This document shows, in pieces, positions 35,821-46,334 of a stretch of 64,000 nucleotides of DNA. The notes under the pieces were generated by a model, which was given only the letters and a program-made list of their open reading frames with translations, did not search any database and had not been told where the DNA came from. The position numbers and the translations under genes are program-made. The first letter of the stretch is position 1; each line of letters starts with the position of its first letter. The DNA is from Candidatus Multivorans sp. GTDB taxonomy: Bacteria; Acidobacteriota; Thermoanaerobaculia; Multivoradales; Multivoraceae. Where the stretch lies: positions 508,527-572,526 of the forward strand of contig OZ242222.1 of the NCBI GenBank assembly GCA_965206765.1, written 5' to 3'.

Positions 35821-37568
35821 CGATGGCGGAGCAGAGCGGCGGCCACCGCGAAGAGACGGTCGAGTGGGTGGAAAAGCCTGTTCCCGATTCCACCGCACGA
35901 CTCCTGGAAGCGGGATACGGGCTGCTTGCGGCTCCGCTCGCCCGCAGGGGGGTGCAGACGGAGGCGGAGGCTGAGACCTTCCTCAAACCCCACCGCCGCG
36001 GCTTGCACGACCCGTTCCTGCTGAAAGGGATGGAGGAGGCGGCCGAGAGGGTGCTTGCCGTCTGCCGCGACCGCGGCACCGTCGCCGTAGTGGGGGACTA
36101 CGACGTCGACGGAGTGAGCGCCTGTGCGCTGCTCACCGCCGTACTGCGCGCCCTGGGCGCCGATGTCGTTCCGATCCTGCCGAACCGGTTGACGGAGGGA
36201 TACGGCTTTCAGGTCCTTCAGGTCGAGAAGGCGAAGCGCGCAGGCGCCTCGCTGATCGTCACGGTGGACTGCGGTACGACCTCGAACGAGGCGGTGGAGG
36301 AGGCGATCAGGCAGGGAATGGACGTGGTCGTGACCGATCATCACGTCGCCGGAAGCGATTTTCCGTCCCAGGCGATCCAGGTCAATCCTCAGCAGGATGG
36401 CTGTACATATCCCTTCCGCCACCTTTGCGGCGCCGGACTTGCGTTCAAGCTGGCGCAGGCCGTCTTTCGCCGGAGCGGCCGCGAGGAACCGCTGGCTGCG
36501 CTGTTGCGCGTGGCGTGCCTCGGGACGATCGCGGATGTGGTGCCCCTGGTGGGCGAGAACCGCGTCATCGCCGCGCTCGGCTTGCAGGCGCTGTCGAAGT
36601 CACGGTCGCCGGGGCTCCAGGCCCTGATGCGCGTCGCTCGCATCGAGGGCGCGGTGTCGTCCACGGAAGTCGCCTTTCGGCTGGGGCCGAGGCTCAATGC
36701 TGCCGGCCGGCTGGCCAGTGCCGATCTGGCGCTACGCCTGCTGCTGACCCGGGACAAGGCCGAGGCGGACCGTCTCGCGGGGGAACTCGACTCTCTGAAC
36801 CGCCAGCGGCAGGGCGAAGAACGGCGGGTGGTAGACGAGGCCACCGAGGTGTTCTCGGCCGGCGGGAGGAGGCCCGGGATCCTCATGGCCTGGAGTCAGG
36901 AATGGCATCGGGGCGTCGTCGGCATTGCCGCCGGGCGCCTTGCACGCGAGTTCCATCGTCCGGTGATCCTGCTGGGAGTCGATGGCGAGATGGGCACCGG
37001 CTCGGGTCGCAGCATCCCCGGTGTCGATCTCCACTCCTTCATGACCGGTTTCGAGGCGCGGATGGAGCGGTTCGGAGGGCATCCCCAGGCCATCGGCCTG
37101 TCGGTGGGCGTCTCCGAACTGCCGGCTCTGAGGGCCGAGATGGAGGAGGCTGCCGATTGGGCGCCTGAGGTGCTCGTGCGGAGGCGGGAGTATGAGCTGA
37201 ACCTGTCTCCGGAACAGGTCGAGCCGGGTCTGTTCCGCGAGCTGTCGCAGTTGGAGCCGCACGGTGAAGGGAATCGCCGGCCGCTGATCCGGCTCGGACC
37301 GCTGGAGCGGAGCGGTCCGGTGCGTGAGTTCGGCAAGGACCACGTCAAACTGCGTGTCAAGCGCGGGGGAAGTCGGGGTTCCGATTCCGGGCGACCCGTG
37401 CAGTTGCTCGGCTGGGGCTGGCGGAAACGGCTGCCCGACCTCGACGGACTCTTCGAGGTACTCGGAGCGCTGGAATGGGATACGTACGCCGGCGGTCCCG
37501 TAGTCAGGGTCGAGGACGCGAGGCGACTTGCGCGCGGATCGGGGACCGGAACCGACAGTGCCAAGTAG
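35817..37568 (+). CDS. recJ: single-stranded-DNA-specific exonuclease
   Basis: DHH-family motifs VVGDYDVDGVSA, VTVDCG and VVVTDHH, plus the DHHA1 region GGHPQAIG. GTGA overlap with priA, with an alternative ATG at 35823. Confidence 0.9.
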   Translation: MTMAEQSGGHREETVEWVEKPVPDSTARLLEAGYGLLAAPLARRGVQTEAEAETFLKPHRRGLHDPFLLKGMEEAAERVLAVCRDRGTVAVVGDYDVDGVSACALLTAVLRALGADVVPILPNRLTEGYGFQVLQVEKAKRAGASLIVTVDCGTTSNEAVEEAIRQGMDVVVTDHHVAGSDFPSQAIQVNPQQDGCTYPFRHLCGAGLAFKLAQAVFRRSGREEPLAALLRVACLGTIADVVPLVGENRVIAALGLQALSKSRSPGLQALMRVARIEGAVSSTEVAFRLGPRLNAAGRLASADLALRLLLTRDKAEADRLAGELDSLNRQRQGEERRVVDEATEVFSAGGRRPGILMAWSQEWHRGVVGIAAGRLAREFHRPVILLGVDGEMGTGSGRSIPGVDLHSFMTGFEARMERFGGHPQAIGLSVGVSELPALRAEMEEAADWAPEVLVRRREYELNLSPEQVEPGLFRELSQLEPHGEGNRRPLIRLGPLERSGPVREFGKDHVKLRVKRGGSRGSDSGRPVQLLGWGWRKRLPDLDGLFEVLGALEWDTYAGGPVVRVEDARRLARGSGTGTDSAK

Positions 37569-37577
37569 ACTTGGCCC

Positions 37578-39881
37578 ATGAATACGGAGACGCCGCCCGG
37601 GCCCGACGAGGCATCCCCTTCGCCCGAATTCGAGCCGCGCCAGGATTCCGTCTACCGGCCTGGTGGGAGGAAGGATGCGCGCTTCGGACGGCGGCGGCAA
37701 GTCCGCACGCGGCTTGTGAGGGCGTTCCTGCTCGTGGTGCTGATTGCCGGCGTCGGCGGGTTGGCCTCGGTCTTCCTGAGTGGACGGCAGGAGAGCACGG
37801 CCGTCGTCGCCGACGAGGGGACCGAGGAGGCTACGGGTGCGGACGAGGCCGCGGTCCGGGGCGAAGAGACGGTCCAGATCAGCGCTGAGCAGTTCGAATC
37901 GACGCTCGAGCGTGAAGGCGTGGAGGTGTTCCGCATTCGGGGGGCCCGCACGAGTTCCGACGACCAGGGCAACGTGCTGCTGAAGGAGGTCGAGGTCGAC
38001 TATCCGCGCGGCGATGACCACTACCGCCTGCACGCCGATGGCGCGACCTACAACGAGGTCACGCAGGCGACCCATCTGGAGGGCGCGGTGTCGCTGGAGG
38101 GCACGAACGGACTCGTTGTCGACACGGACTGGATGGATCTCGCCGAGGGCGGCATGGTTCTGACGGCGGCCGACGACAGCGGGTTCACGTTCGAAGGCAT
38201 CACCGCGGTCGGCGACGGCTTGCGGGTCGACTTCCGTCGGGAAGTGGCGAACCTCACGGGTGGAGTCCGGGTGACCGGTGCCGCGGCAACGAGCGAGACG
38301 GGCGATTCACCGCGGCCGCTGTCCCTGAGCGCCGAGACGCTGGAGTATCGATGGCGTGAGGGACGGATGAGGGCGACCGGCGGCGCCGCGATGGAGTTCG
38401 GCGAGTCGCCCCAGCCGCTGTCCCTGACCGGCGAGACGCTGGAGTACCGCTGGAGCGAGGGGACCCTGACCGCCCGGGGCGGAACCACGACGCGGTTCGG
38501 CGACCTGAACCTCGCCGCGCGTTCACTGACGCTCGCCTTGCCCCAGGAAGCCGGCGATGCGCCGACCGCACTCGAGGCTCGTGGGGAAGTTCTGCTGCAG
38601 GCGCCTCTCGGAAGTGGCGGGCTCAGGACGGAGGATGGCGGGATGGACGTGGAAGGCGCGACGCTGCTTCTGATCGGCGAGGCGCTGGACGTTGGATTCG
38701 ACCCCAATCAACTCCCGAGCCGGCTGCTCTTGAGCGGTCCGAACAGGGGCGGCCCCGCCGTGCTGCGAATCGACTATGCGGATGGGTCCCGGCGCCGGGT
38801 TCGGGCACAGGTGCTTGCCTTCACCTTCGTCGACGGCGTGCCGTCCGAGTTCGAGTCGCGCGGGCGCGTCGTGCTCGACGAGCAGGTTCCAGAGCGGAGA
38901 CAACCTCTGCGAGTCGCTTCGAGCAGGGTCGCCAATGGCCGTTTCGACAGCGACGGCGCTCTGACGGAGTTGGTCCTGGAAGGCAGGGTCGAACTGACGG
39001 ATCGGCGCCGCGATCCGGTCCGTGCGCTCGCGGACCGCGCCGAGATCGATCCCTCGACCGGGCGGGTCGAGTTCTTCGGGCAACCGGCGAAGCTCATCCT
39101 CGCCGCAGGGGAACTCGAAGCACCCCGCACCGTGTTCGACCAGACAGCGGCCTGCTCCGAAGCGAGTGGGGGCGTGGCGATCACCTTTCGGGGCGCGGAC
39201 GAAGACGGAAGAGGCGCTCTGCCCCTTGCCGGCTCAGCGCCGGCCGATGGTCCGTCGACGATCAGATCGCAGGAGGCCCTGCTCTGCGACGAGGACGGCA
39301 GCCTGTTCCGGGGAGAAGTTCAGGCGCTTGTCGGTGAGTACGATCTGGCGGCCGCACAGCTCCGGGTCAGCGGGGATCGCAAGCGTCTCTTGGCGAGCGG
39401 CAACGTCCGCACGACCTGGCGCGAGGCGCCGGCGCTCGCGCCGACGGACGCGGGAGAGTCGGAGGTCGACGCCCCTTCCGAGGAGTGGCTGGTGGTTTCG
39501 GAGCGGCTGAGCTTCTCCGAGGACGACGGCGAGTTGCGCTACAGCGGCGGGACCTCGGCCGCCCTGGGAGACCAGCGCCTGAGCTGCGACGAGTTGACGG
39601 TCGAGACAGCGGCTGCGAACGGCGATTCGGAGGATGTCCAGACGCGGGCGCTGTACTGCCTGGGGAACGCTCGACTCGAGGATGCCGCCCAGGACCTGTC
39701 GGCCGACGCCGACCGGGTCGTGTATGTGGTAGCGGATCGCCTGATCCGGCTCACCGGCGGCGTCGTCATCCACAAGGGAGGGGATCTCCTGAGAGGGTCG
39801 CGCCTGATCTACTGGCTCGATGAGGGCCGCTACGAGATGGGGCCGTCCGGCAGCGCGGCTGCCGGCGCCGGCACCCCGTGA
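37578..39881 (+). CDS. large membrane-anchored protein with multiple OstA/LptA/LptC-like modules
   Basis: N-terminal TM anchor ([22 protein letters not shown]). Repeated LptC/LptA-like beta-jellyroll strings ([24 protein letters not shown]; [22 protein letters not shown]; [46 protein letters not shown]). The stop overlaps the lptB start (GTGA). The assignment rests largely on context. Confidence 0.55.
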   Translation: MNTETPPGPDEASPSPEFEPRQDSVYRPGGRKDARFGRRRQVRTRLVRAFLLVVLIAGVGGLASVFLSGRQESTAVVADEGTEEATGADEAAVRGEETVQISAEQFESTLEREGVEVFRIRGARTSSDDQGNVLLKEVEVDYPRGDDHYRLHADGATYNEVTQATHLEGAVSLEGTNGLVVDTDWMDLAEGGMVLTAADDSGFTFEGITAVGDGLRVDFRREVANLTGGVRVTGAAATSETGDSPRPLSLSAETLEYRWREGRMRATGGAAMEFGESPQPLSLTGETLEYRWSEGTLTARGGTTTRFGDLNLAARSLTLALPQEAGDAPTALEARGEVLLQAPLGSGGLRTEDGGMDVEGATLLLIGEALDVGFDPNQLPSRLLLSGPNRGGPAVLRIDYADGSRRRVRAQVLAFTFVDGVPSEFESRGRVVLDEQVPERRQPLRVASSRVANGRFDSDGALTELVLEGRVELTDRRRDPVRALADRAEIDPSTGRVEFFGQPAKLILAAGELEAPRTVFDQTAACSEASGGVAITFRGADEDGRGALPLAGSAPADGPSTIRSQEALLCDEDGSLFRGEVQALVGEYDLAAAQLRVSGDRKRLLASGNVRTTWREAPALAPTDAGESEVDAPSEEWLVVSERLSFSEDDGELRYSGGTSAALGDQRLSCDELTVETAAANGDSEDVQTRALYCLGNARLEDAAQDLSADADRVVYVVADRLIRLTGGVVIHKGGDLLRGSRLIYWLDEGRYEMGPSGSAAAGAGTP

Positions 39882-40621
39882 CCGAGCGGCCGGAATCAGG
39901 CCATCGCATCCGCACGCAGGATGTGCGGAAGGTCTATCGGGGGCGCCCAGTCGTCCAGGACGTGTCGGTCGAGGTCGGCCAGGGCGAAGTCGTGGGTCTG
40001 CTCGGACCGAACGGCGCCGGCAAGACGACCACGTTCTACATGGTCGTGGGCTTGACTCGACCGGACGCCGGCCGCGTCTTCCTCGATGACGTCGACATCA
40101 CCGACCTTCCCATGTACCTGCGCGCGCAGCAGGGCATCAGCTACCTGCCGCAGGAACCCTCGGTGTTTCGGCGTCTTTCGGTCGAAGGCAACCTGCGGGC
40201 GGTGTTCGAGACGCTCGGCCTGGGCCGCGCCGAGCAGCGCCGCCGGATCAACCAGTTGACCTCCGACTTCGATCTCGTAGCTGTACGGCGCTCGAAGGGG
40301 AACCAGCTTTCCGGGGGCGAGCGGCGCCGGCTCGAGATTGCCCGCGCGCTCGCGATCAGTCCCAGCTTCATCCTTCTCGACGAACCGTTCGCCGGCATCG
40401 ATCCGATCGCGGTACTCGACATCCAGGCGATCATCCGGCAGCTTCGTGACATGGGCATCGGCATTCTGATCACGGATCACAACGTGCGGGAGACCCTCAA
40501 GATCACGGACCGCGCCTACATCATCAACGACGGCAGGATCCTGCGCACAGGGACACCGGCGGAACTCTCGGCCGACCCGACGGTCCGGAAGATCTACCTC
40601 GGCGCCGAGTTCACGCTCTAG
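39878..40621 (+). CDS. lptB: LPS export ABC transporter ATP-binding protein
   Basis: Walker [10 protein letters not shown], signature LSGGERRR and Walker [13 protein letters not shown]. Lies directly upstream of rpoN, as in many diderms. Confidence 0.9.
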   Translation: MTERPESGHRIRTQDVRKVYRGRPVVQDVSVEVGQGEVVGLLGPNGAGKTTTFYMVVGLTRPDAGRVFLDDVDITDLPMYLRAQQGISYLPQEPSVFRRLSVEGNLRAVFETLGLGRAEQRRRINQLTSDFDLVAVRRSKGNQLSGGERRRLEIARALAISPSFILLDEPFAGIDPIAVLDIQAIIRQLRDMGIGILITDHNVRETLKITDRAYIINDGRILRTGTPAELSADPTVRKIYLGAEFTL

Positions 40622-40766
40622 CAGCTCAAGGTGATAGCGTCACCTTGGCATTGGTTTTGCTGGAACGCCGTTGGCGCGCGGCCAGACACCGAGCGCGGTG
40701 ACACGGTGCGACGGCTTCGAGCGGGACCGGCCTGGCCCCAGGAACCGCTGCCGTTCGAACGCGATC

Positions 40767-42452
40767 ATGGTGCTCCAACAGAGGCTCTCGCTCAAGCTGG
40801 CCCAACGGCTGGTGATGACGCCGGCGTTGCAGCAGGCGATCAAGCTGCTGCAGATGACCCGCCTCGAGCTCGAGGGCGTGCTCAACCAGGAAATCGTCGA
40901 GAACCCGATGCTCGAGGATGGCCGCGAGGATGGCGAGGACGGCGAAAACGAGGATCCCGAAGAGGCAACTTCCGCGGAGACTGCCGAAACGACGGACGTC
41001 GATGCTCCCGCGGCGCCGGGCGACGAGACGGCGAAGTTGAACGGCGCTGAGGAAGGCGCGGAGGTTGACACTCCCGACCCCGCGGCCGCGGACGAGCCTT
41101 CGATGGGAGACATCGACCTCGACGCGTACTTCAACGACTACCTCGGGTCTGACTCGACGGTCGCGAACACCTTCGAGAGCCGGGAGATTTGGCGGTTCGA
41201 GAACAGCATCAGCCGCGAGCCGGACCTCTACGACCATCTGCTCTGGCAGTTGCGCATGTCAGACGCATCGCCGCTCCTGCGGGAGGTCGCCGAGTTGGTG
41301 ATCGGCAATGTCGACGCGGAGGGCTTCCTGCGGGCGTCGGTCGAGGAGATTCGAGTCCTGGGCGCCGAGGAATGGGAGGCGAAGCGTTACCGCTCCGAGG
41401 TCGCCAGGGCTCTGGAGATGGACGAGGCGCTGAGTACCGGCGAGCAGCACAACGGCGGCGCGCCCTCAGTTCCAGAAGTGCAGGTTCCGGAGTTGGCGCC
41501 CGGTCCGGTTCCGGTTCCCGGATATCGTCTCGAGCTGGTGGAGCGGGCGCTGGAGTTGGTCCGGAGTTTCGATCCGCCCGGCGTCGCCTGGCACTCGTTG
41601 CGGGAGTGTCTGCTGGCGCAACTCAAGGCAAAGAGCGCCACGGAGGGGCTGGCCTACCGCATCGTCGACGAATGTTGGGCGCCGTTCACTCGGCGGCAGT
41701 TCCGGCTCATCGCGCGCCGCTTGCGTACTCCGTTGGCGCAACTCGAGGCGCCGGTCGAAGAGATCAAGGCGCTTGAAGTGCGACCGGGCCGGCAGTTCTC
41801 GAATGAGCGCGTAGAGTACGTCGAGCCCGACGTGGTCGCGCTCAAGACTGGTGGCGAGTGGGCGATCCAGTTGAACGACGACGGCCTGCCCAAGTTGCGG
41901 ATCAGCGGCGCCTACCGCAGCATGCTGCGACGAATGCAGCGGGACGGCAACCAGGCGGAGGCGCGGGACTTCCTCAAGGACAAGATGCGTTCGGCGATGT
42001 GGCTCATCAAGAGCCTTGACCAGCGTCAGAGAACGATCTACAAGGTCGCGGACTCCATTCTGCGGCAGCAGCGGAGGTTCTTCGACCACGGTCTCGACGA
42101 GCTGCGGCCCATGGTGCTGCGTGACGTGGCCGACGACATCGGCATGCACGAGTCGACGGTGAGCCGCGTGGTGTCCAACAAGTACATTCACACGCCGCGC
42201 GGCCTGTTTGCGATGAAGTTCTTCTTCCACAGCGGCATCGACCGCCACCGGGGCGGAGAGATCTCCTCGTTGACGGTGAAACGCATGCTGAGCGACCTGA
42301 TCGGCGACGAGGACGGTCACCGGCCGCTATCGGATTCGGCGCTGACACGTGAGCTGCAGCAGGACGGCATTAACATCGCCCGGCGAACTGTCGCCAAGTA
42401 CCGGGATGAACTCGGTATTCCGTCCTCGACCGATCGCAGACAGATTTTCTGA
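40767..42452 (+). CDS. rpoN: RNA polymerase sigma-54 factor
   Basis: N-terminus MVLQQRLSLKLAQRLVMTPALQQAIKLLQM, acidic region II, C-terminal HTH and RpoN box (ARRTVAKYRDELGIPSS). ATG 40767 chosen over the track start. Confidence 0.92.
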   Translation: MVLQQRLSLKLAQRLVMTPALQQAIKLLQMTRLELEGVLNQEIVENPMLEDGREDGEDGENEDPEEATSAETAETTDVDAPAAPGDETAKLNGAEEGAEVDTPDPAAADEPSMGDIDLDAYFNDYLGSDSTVANTFESREIWRFENSISREPDLYDHLLWQLRMSDASPLLREVAELVIGNVDAEGFLRASVEEIRVLGAEEWEAKRYRSEVARALEMDEALSTGEQHNGGAPSVPEVQVPELAPGPVPVPGYRLELVERALELVRSFDPPGVAWHSLRECLLAQLKAKSATEGLAYRIVDECWAPFTRRQFRLIARRLRTPLAQLEAPVEEIKALEVRPGRQFSNERVEYVEPDVVALKTGGEWAIQLNDDGLPKLRISGAYRSMLRRMQRDGNQAEARDFLKDKMRSAMWLIKSLDQRQRTIYKVADSILRQQRRFFDHGLDELRPMVLRDVADDIGMHESTVSRVVSNKYIHTPRGLFAMKFFFHSGIDRHRGGEISSLTVKRMLSDLIGDEDGHRPLSDSALTRELQQDGINIARRTVAKYRDELGIPSSTDRRQIF

Positions 42453-42485
42453 GACAGGGGCACAAGGGGGGACCGCCGAACCAAG

Positions 42486-42941
42486 ATGGATCTGTCAAGT
42501 CTGGCGAAGCCGCAACTGATCTTCTCCAATGTCGAGGCCACGAGCCGCGACGGCGCACTGCGAACTCTGACCGAGCGGATCTGCCGTGTCCTCGGCCTCG
42601 CGGACCCGGATGAGGTCCTGTCCGCCCTGCGGGAGCGGGAGGAGTTGGGCTCGACGGCCGTGGGCGGCGGCATGGCGATTCCGCACGGACGGATCCGCGG
42701 TCTGCGGGACATCGTGCTGGCGGTAGCGGTGTCGAAGCACGGTGTCGACTACGGCGCCGATGACGGCGTTCCGGTCCGGTTCTTCTTCGTTCTGCTTTCT
42801 CCCCGCGAGAACGCCGGCAGTCACCTCAAGGCCCTGGCAGCCATTTCCGAGTGGGTGAGCAGCGGCGGCCGCGAGCGCCTGCGCAGGGTGTCCAGACCGC
42901 AGGAGATCTACGAGCTGCTTTGCGCCAACGGGCGTGTCTGA
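42486..42941 (+). CDS. ptsN: PTS IIA-like nitrogen regulatory protein
   Basis: 151 aa. EIIA(Ntr/Fru) pattern with the phospho-His region GGGMAIPHGRI. Confidence 0.85.
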   Translation: MDLSSLAKPQLIFSNVEATSRDGALRTLTERICRVLGLADPDEVLSALREREELGSTAVGGGMAIPHGRIRGLRDIVLAVAVSKHGVDYGADDGVPVRFFFVLLSPRENAGSHLKALAAISEWVSSGGRERLRRVSRPQEIYELLCANGRV

Positions 42942-43830
42942 GTTGCCAGTCCGTCTGTTCGTGATCACCGGCCTTTCGGGCTCGGGCAAGAGCACGGTTG
43001 CCCGGTGCTTCGAGGACCTCGGTCATCACTGCATCGACAACCTGCCTCTGCCTCTGCTGAGGCACCTTGTCCGCGAGCCGGCCACGGCCGCACCGGGATT
43101 CGAGGCGATCGTGCTGGTCACGGACCTGCGCACTCCCGGCCTCGCGGAGGAACTGCCGCGCCTGCTCGACGAAGCGGATCCGGACCTGGTCGAGCCGGTG
43201 CTGATCTTTCTCGACAGCTCCGAGGACGTGCTGGTCCGGAGGTACTCCGAGACCCGGCGACGGCATCCCCTGACGGCTGAGGGGGAGCGCGTGATCGACG
43301 GCATTCGGCGCGAGCGGGAGATGCTCCTGGAGCTTCGCGGGCGCGCCTCGCGCGTGTTCGACACCACGGATTTGACGATCCATGAACTCCGGGCCGCGAT
43401 CTACAACGAGTTCGCCTCAAGCGATGCGGGTGGTCTGACCGTCAACATCGTCAGTTTCGGCTTCAAGTTCGGCGTCCCTGCGGGTGTCGACCTGATGTTC
43501 GATGTCCGGTTCTTGCCGAACCCGTACTTCGTCGCCGAACTGCGAGAGAAGCCGGGGACCGACCCGGCGGTTCAGGGCTTCCTGCACGAACACGAGGCTT
43601 TCGGTGAACTGGTCGACCGGCTGGACAGCCTTCTGGCCTATCTCCTGCCGAGATTCCGGGACGAGAACCGGAGCTACCTGACCGTCGGCATCGGCTGTAC
43701 CGGCGGGCGGCACCGGTCGGTCGCGGTCTCGGAAGCCGTGGCGGACCGGCTCGCCGCCGGCGCCTGGCAAATCCGTTTGCAGCACCGGGACGTGGAGCGT
43801 CACGGGTCGCGGGCGGCGAGCGCGCCGTGA
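42934..43830 (+). CDS. rapZ: RNase adapter protein RapZ
   Basis: Walker A ITGLSGSGKST, CFEDLGHHCIDNLP and C-terminal IGCTGGRHRSV. Confidence 0.9.
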   Translation: MSELPVRLFVITGLSGSGKSTVARCFEDLGHHCIDNLPLPLLRHLVREPATAAPGFEAIVLVTDLRTPGLAEELPRLLDEADPDLVEPVLIFLDSSEDVLVRRYSETRRRHPLTAEGERVIDGIRREREMLLELRGRASRVFDTTDLTIHELRAAIYNEFASSDAGGLTVNIVSFGFKFGVPAGVDLMFDVRFLPNPYFVAELREKPGTDPAVQGFLHEHEAFGELVDRLDSLLAYLLPRFRDENRSYLTVGIGCTGGRHRSVAVSEAVADRLAAGAWQIRLQHRDVERHGSRAASAP

Positions 43831-44258
43831 CCGTCCCGGTGCTCATCGTTTCGCACGGTGAACTCGCCCAGCGATTGCTCGACTCCGCGCGTGCCATTTC
43901 CGGCCAGGATCGCGACACCTGTCCGGTACCGGTCTACGCGCTCTGCGTCGACTGGTGCGCCGACGCCGCCGAGGCAGCGGACCTCATCGAGGCGAGGGTC
44001 CGGCGGCTCGAGGAGCAACACGAAGCGGGCGTTCTGATCCTGACCGAGATGTTCGGTGACACGCCCTCCAACTGTGCGCTGCGGGCGTCGGGAGTAGCGA
44101 ACGCCGCGGTCGTGACAGGCGTCAACCTGCCGATGGTGCTCAGCCTCTGCTGCGAAGCGCCGGATCTCGACCTGCCGGACCTGGCGGACTGGATCTGGAG
44201 CAATGGACGCAAGAGCATCCAGCTCGCCGCGAGCGGCTGTTCGCAGGAGTCGAAGTGA
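43827..44258 (+). CDS. PTS EIIA component, mannose/fructose family
   Basis: 143 aa. N-terminus VLIVSHGELAQRLLDSA (phospho-His in SHG) and LTEMFGDTP motif. GTGA overlaps on both sides. Confidence 0.75.
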   Translation: MTVPVLIVSHGELAQRLLDSARAISGQDRDTCPVPVYALCVDWCADAAEAADLIEARVRRLEEQHEAGVLILTEMFGDTPSNCALRASGVANAAVVTGVNLPMVLSLCCEAPDLDLPDLADWIWSNGRKSIQLAASGCSQESK

Positions 44259-44524
44259 TGGAACGAGTGGTCGAGGTTGTCAACGAGCTGGGCCTGCACG
44301 CGCGCGCGGCCGCCAGGCTGGTGCAGACGGCAAAGCAGTTCCGGTCCGACGTCGTGTTGCGAGTGGGCGGCCGCGAGACCGAGGCGCGGAGCATCCTCGG
44401 GGTCTTGCTGCTGGGGGCCGGACGGGGCGCCAGGTTGACCGTTCGCTGCCTGGGTGAGGACGAGCGGGTCGCAATGGCGGCGGTCTGCGACCTGATAGAG
44501 ACCCGGTTCGGCGAGGATTCATGA
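44255..44524 (+). CDS. ptsH: HPr-family phosphocarrier protein
   Basis: 89 aa. His-15 region NELGLHARAAARLV and Ser-46-like region EARSILGVLLLGA. Confidence 0.85.
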   Translation: MMERVVEVVNELGLHARAAARLVQTAKQFRSDVVLRVGGRETEARSILGVLLLGAGRGARLTVRCLGEDERVAMAAVCDLIETRFGEDS

Positions 44525-46314
44525 ACAGACCGGACACCACGAAACCGCAGGAGACCCTTCAGGGGGCCGGCGCCGCGCCGGGTGTCGCGATCGGCCCCGC
44601 GGTCTGCCTTCGCGGCCACGGTGTCGAGGTGCTCCGGGTAACGATCCGGAAGGGCGGCCTGGACCGCGAGGTCGAGCGTTTCGGCGCGGCCGTACGCACG
44701 GTGGAGGCGGAACTCGAGGCCACCGAGAGCCGGATCGCCGAGACCTTCGGCAGCGACCTGGCCTCCATCTTCCATGCCCACTCGGTGATCCTGCGAGATT
44801 CGTCCTTCGCCCGCCGCATCGATCAGATGATTCGCCGCGATGGGGTCAATGCGGAGTGGGCGGTACAGGCCGTGGCCGACGACCTTGGCGAGAAGTTCGC
44901 CCAGGTCAAGAGCCAGCACCTGCGCGAACGGGGCGAGGACCTTCGCGACGTCACCCGCTACCTTCTCCGGGCGCTGGCAGGGAAGAGATCTTCGCCGGGC
45001 GGCGGCGAGGACTTCGACGGCAACGTGGTCGTCGTCAGTCATGAGTTGACACCGGACGAGGTATTGCGCCTGGGACGCCGCGGGGCGGTGGGATTCGCGA
45101 TCGAGGTCGGCGGCGCCAACTCGCACACCGCCATCGTTGCGCGTGCGCTGGACGTCCCGTTGGTGACCGGCATCGTGGACATCACGAACCGCGTTGCCGA
45201 CGATGACCCCGTGATCGTGGATGGGGAAGAGGGATGTCTGACTCTCCATCCCACGCCGGAGACGCTGGACCAGCACCGCAACCTTCAACGCCGACGGCGG
45301 CGCCACGAGGAGGCGCAGTCGACTGCGGCCAGAGATCTGGCGGCCCGAACCGTCGACGGGGCGGAGGTCGAGCTGCTGGCCAACGTGGAGTTGCCCGAGG
45401 AACTGGACGACGTGCGGCGGTTCGGCGCCTCCGGCATCGGCCTCTACCGAAGCGAGTTCCTCTATCTCGAGAAGAGCCCCGAGCTGCCCTCTGAGGAAGA
45501 GCAGGTGGCCGTGATCCGGCAGCTCCTGGAGACGTTGGCGCCCCAGCCGGTCGTGGTGCGGACCTTCGACCTCGGCGGCGACAAGGTGGCGCGCGGCCTG
45601 GTGCCGCGGGACGAGGAGAACCCGGTGCTGGGTCAGCGCGGCATTCGACTGACCCTGGCGCGCCCGGATGTGTTCCGCGTCCAGTTGCGCGCCCTGTTCC
45701 GCGCCGCGCCCTTCGGCAACCTGCGCATCATGGCCCCGATGGTGACCACGGTCGATGAGATCCGGGCGTTGCGCCGTCTTTGCGACGAGGTTTGCGCCGA
45801 ACTCGAGGCCGAGGGCGCCGAGTACCGGCGGGATGTGGAGCTTGGCGCCATGGTGGAGGTGCCGGCGGCGGTGATGATCGCCCGCCAACTCGCGGCCGAA
45901 GTTGACTTTCTCTCCATTGGCACGAACGACCTGATCCAGTACGCGCTGGCGGTCGATCGGACGAACCAACACGTGGCGGGCCTCTATCAACCCCTGCATC
46001 CCGCCGTCCTGAGCATGATTCAGCTCGTGGTCGAGGCGGGCCGGAGGCAACGGGTTCCAGTGGCGCTGTGCGGCGAGATGGCGGCAAGCCCCGAGTGGGC
46101 GCCGCTCATGCTCGGTCTGGGCCTGCGGCAGCTTTCGATGAGTCCCCGGGGCATTCCCAGCGTCAAGGAGGTCGTGCGTTCGCTCGATATCAGCGACGCG
46201 GAAGAACTCGCACGCCGGTGCGTCACCGCGTCGACGGCGGAGGAGGTCGAGAGCCTGCTCGCCGCATCCGGCGCGAGCGCCGCGCACCGGCGCGCGGCGC
46301 TCCATACCGGGTAG
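44521..46314 (+). CDS. ptsI: phosphoenolpyruvate--protein phosphotransferase (Enzyme I)
   Basis: 597 aa. GGANSHTAIVARAL phospho-His region and PEP-utilising C-domain (GIGLYRSEFLYL, FLSIGTNDLIQY, ALCGEMA). No N-terminal GAF domain. Confidence 0.9.
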   Translation: MNRPDTTKPQETLQGAGAAPGVAIGPAVCLRGHGVEVLRVTIRKGGLDREVERFGAAVRTVEAELEATESRIAETFGSDLASIFHAHSVILRDSSFARRIDQMIRRDGVNAEWAVQAVADDLGEKFAQVKSQHLRERGEDLRDVTRYLLRALAGKRSSPGGGEDFDGNVVVVSHELTPDEVLRLGRRGAVGFAIEVGGANSHTAIVARALDVPLVTGIVDITNRVADDDPVIVDGEEGCLTLHPTPETLDQHRNLQRRRRRHEEAQSTAARDLAARTVDGAEVELLANVELPEELDDVRRFGASGIGLYRSEFLYLEKSPELPSEEEQVAVIRQLLETLAPQPVVVRTFDLGGDKVARGLVPRDEENPVLGQRGIRLTLARPDVFRVQLRALFRAAPFGNLRIMAPMVTTVDEIRALRRLCDEVCAELEAEGAEYRRDVELGAMVEVPAAVMIARQLAAEVDFLSIGTNDLIQYALAVDRTNQHVAGLYQPLHPAVLSMIQLVVEAGRRQRVPVALCGEMAASPEWAPLMLGLGLRQLSMSPRGIPSVKEVVRSLDISDAEELARRCVTASTAEEVESLLAASGASAAHRRAALHTG

Positions 46315-46334
46315 TAGCTAGTAGTCTCCGCGCC

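Noticed and set aside
41589-41602. Sigma-54 promoter-like TGGCACtcgtTGC
   Set aside because: It lies inside the rpoN coding region, and the GG-to-GC spacing is 2 nt shorter than the -24/-12 consensus.
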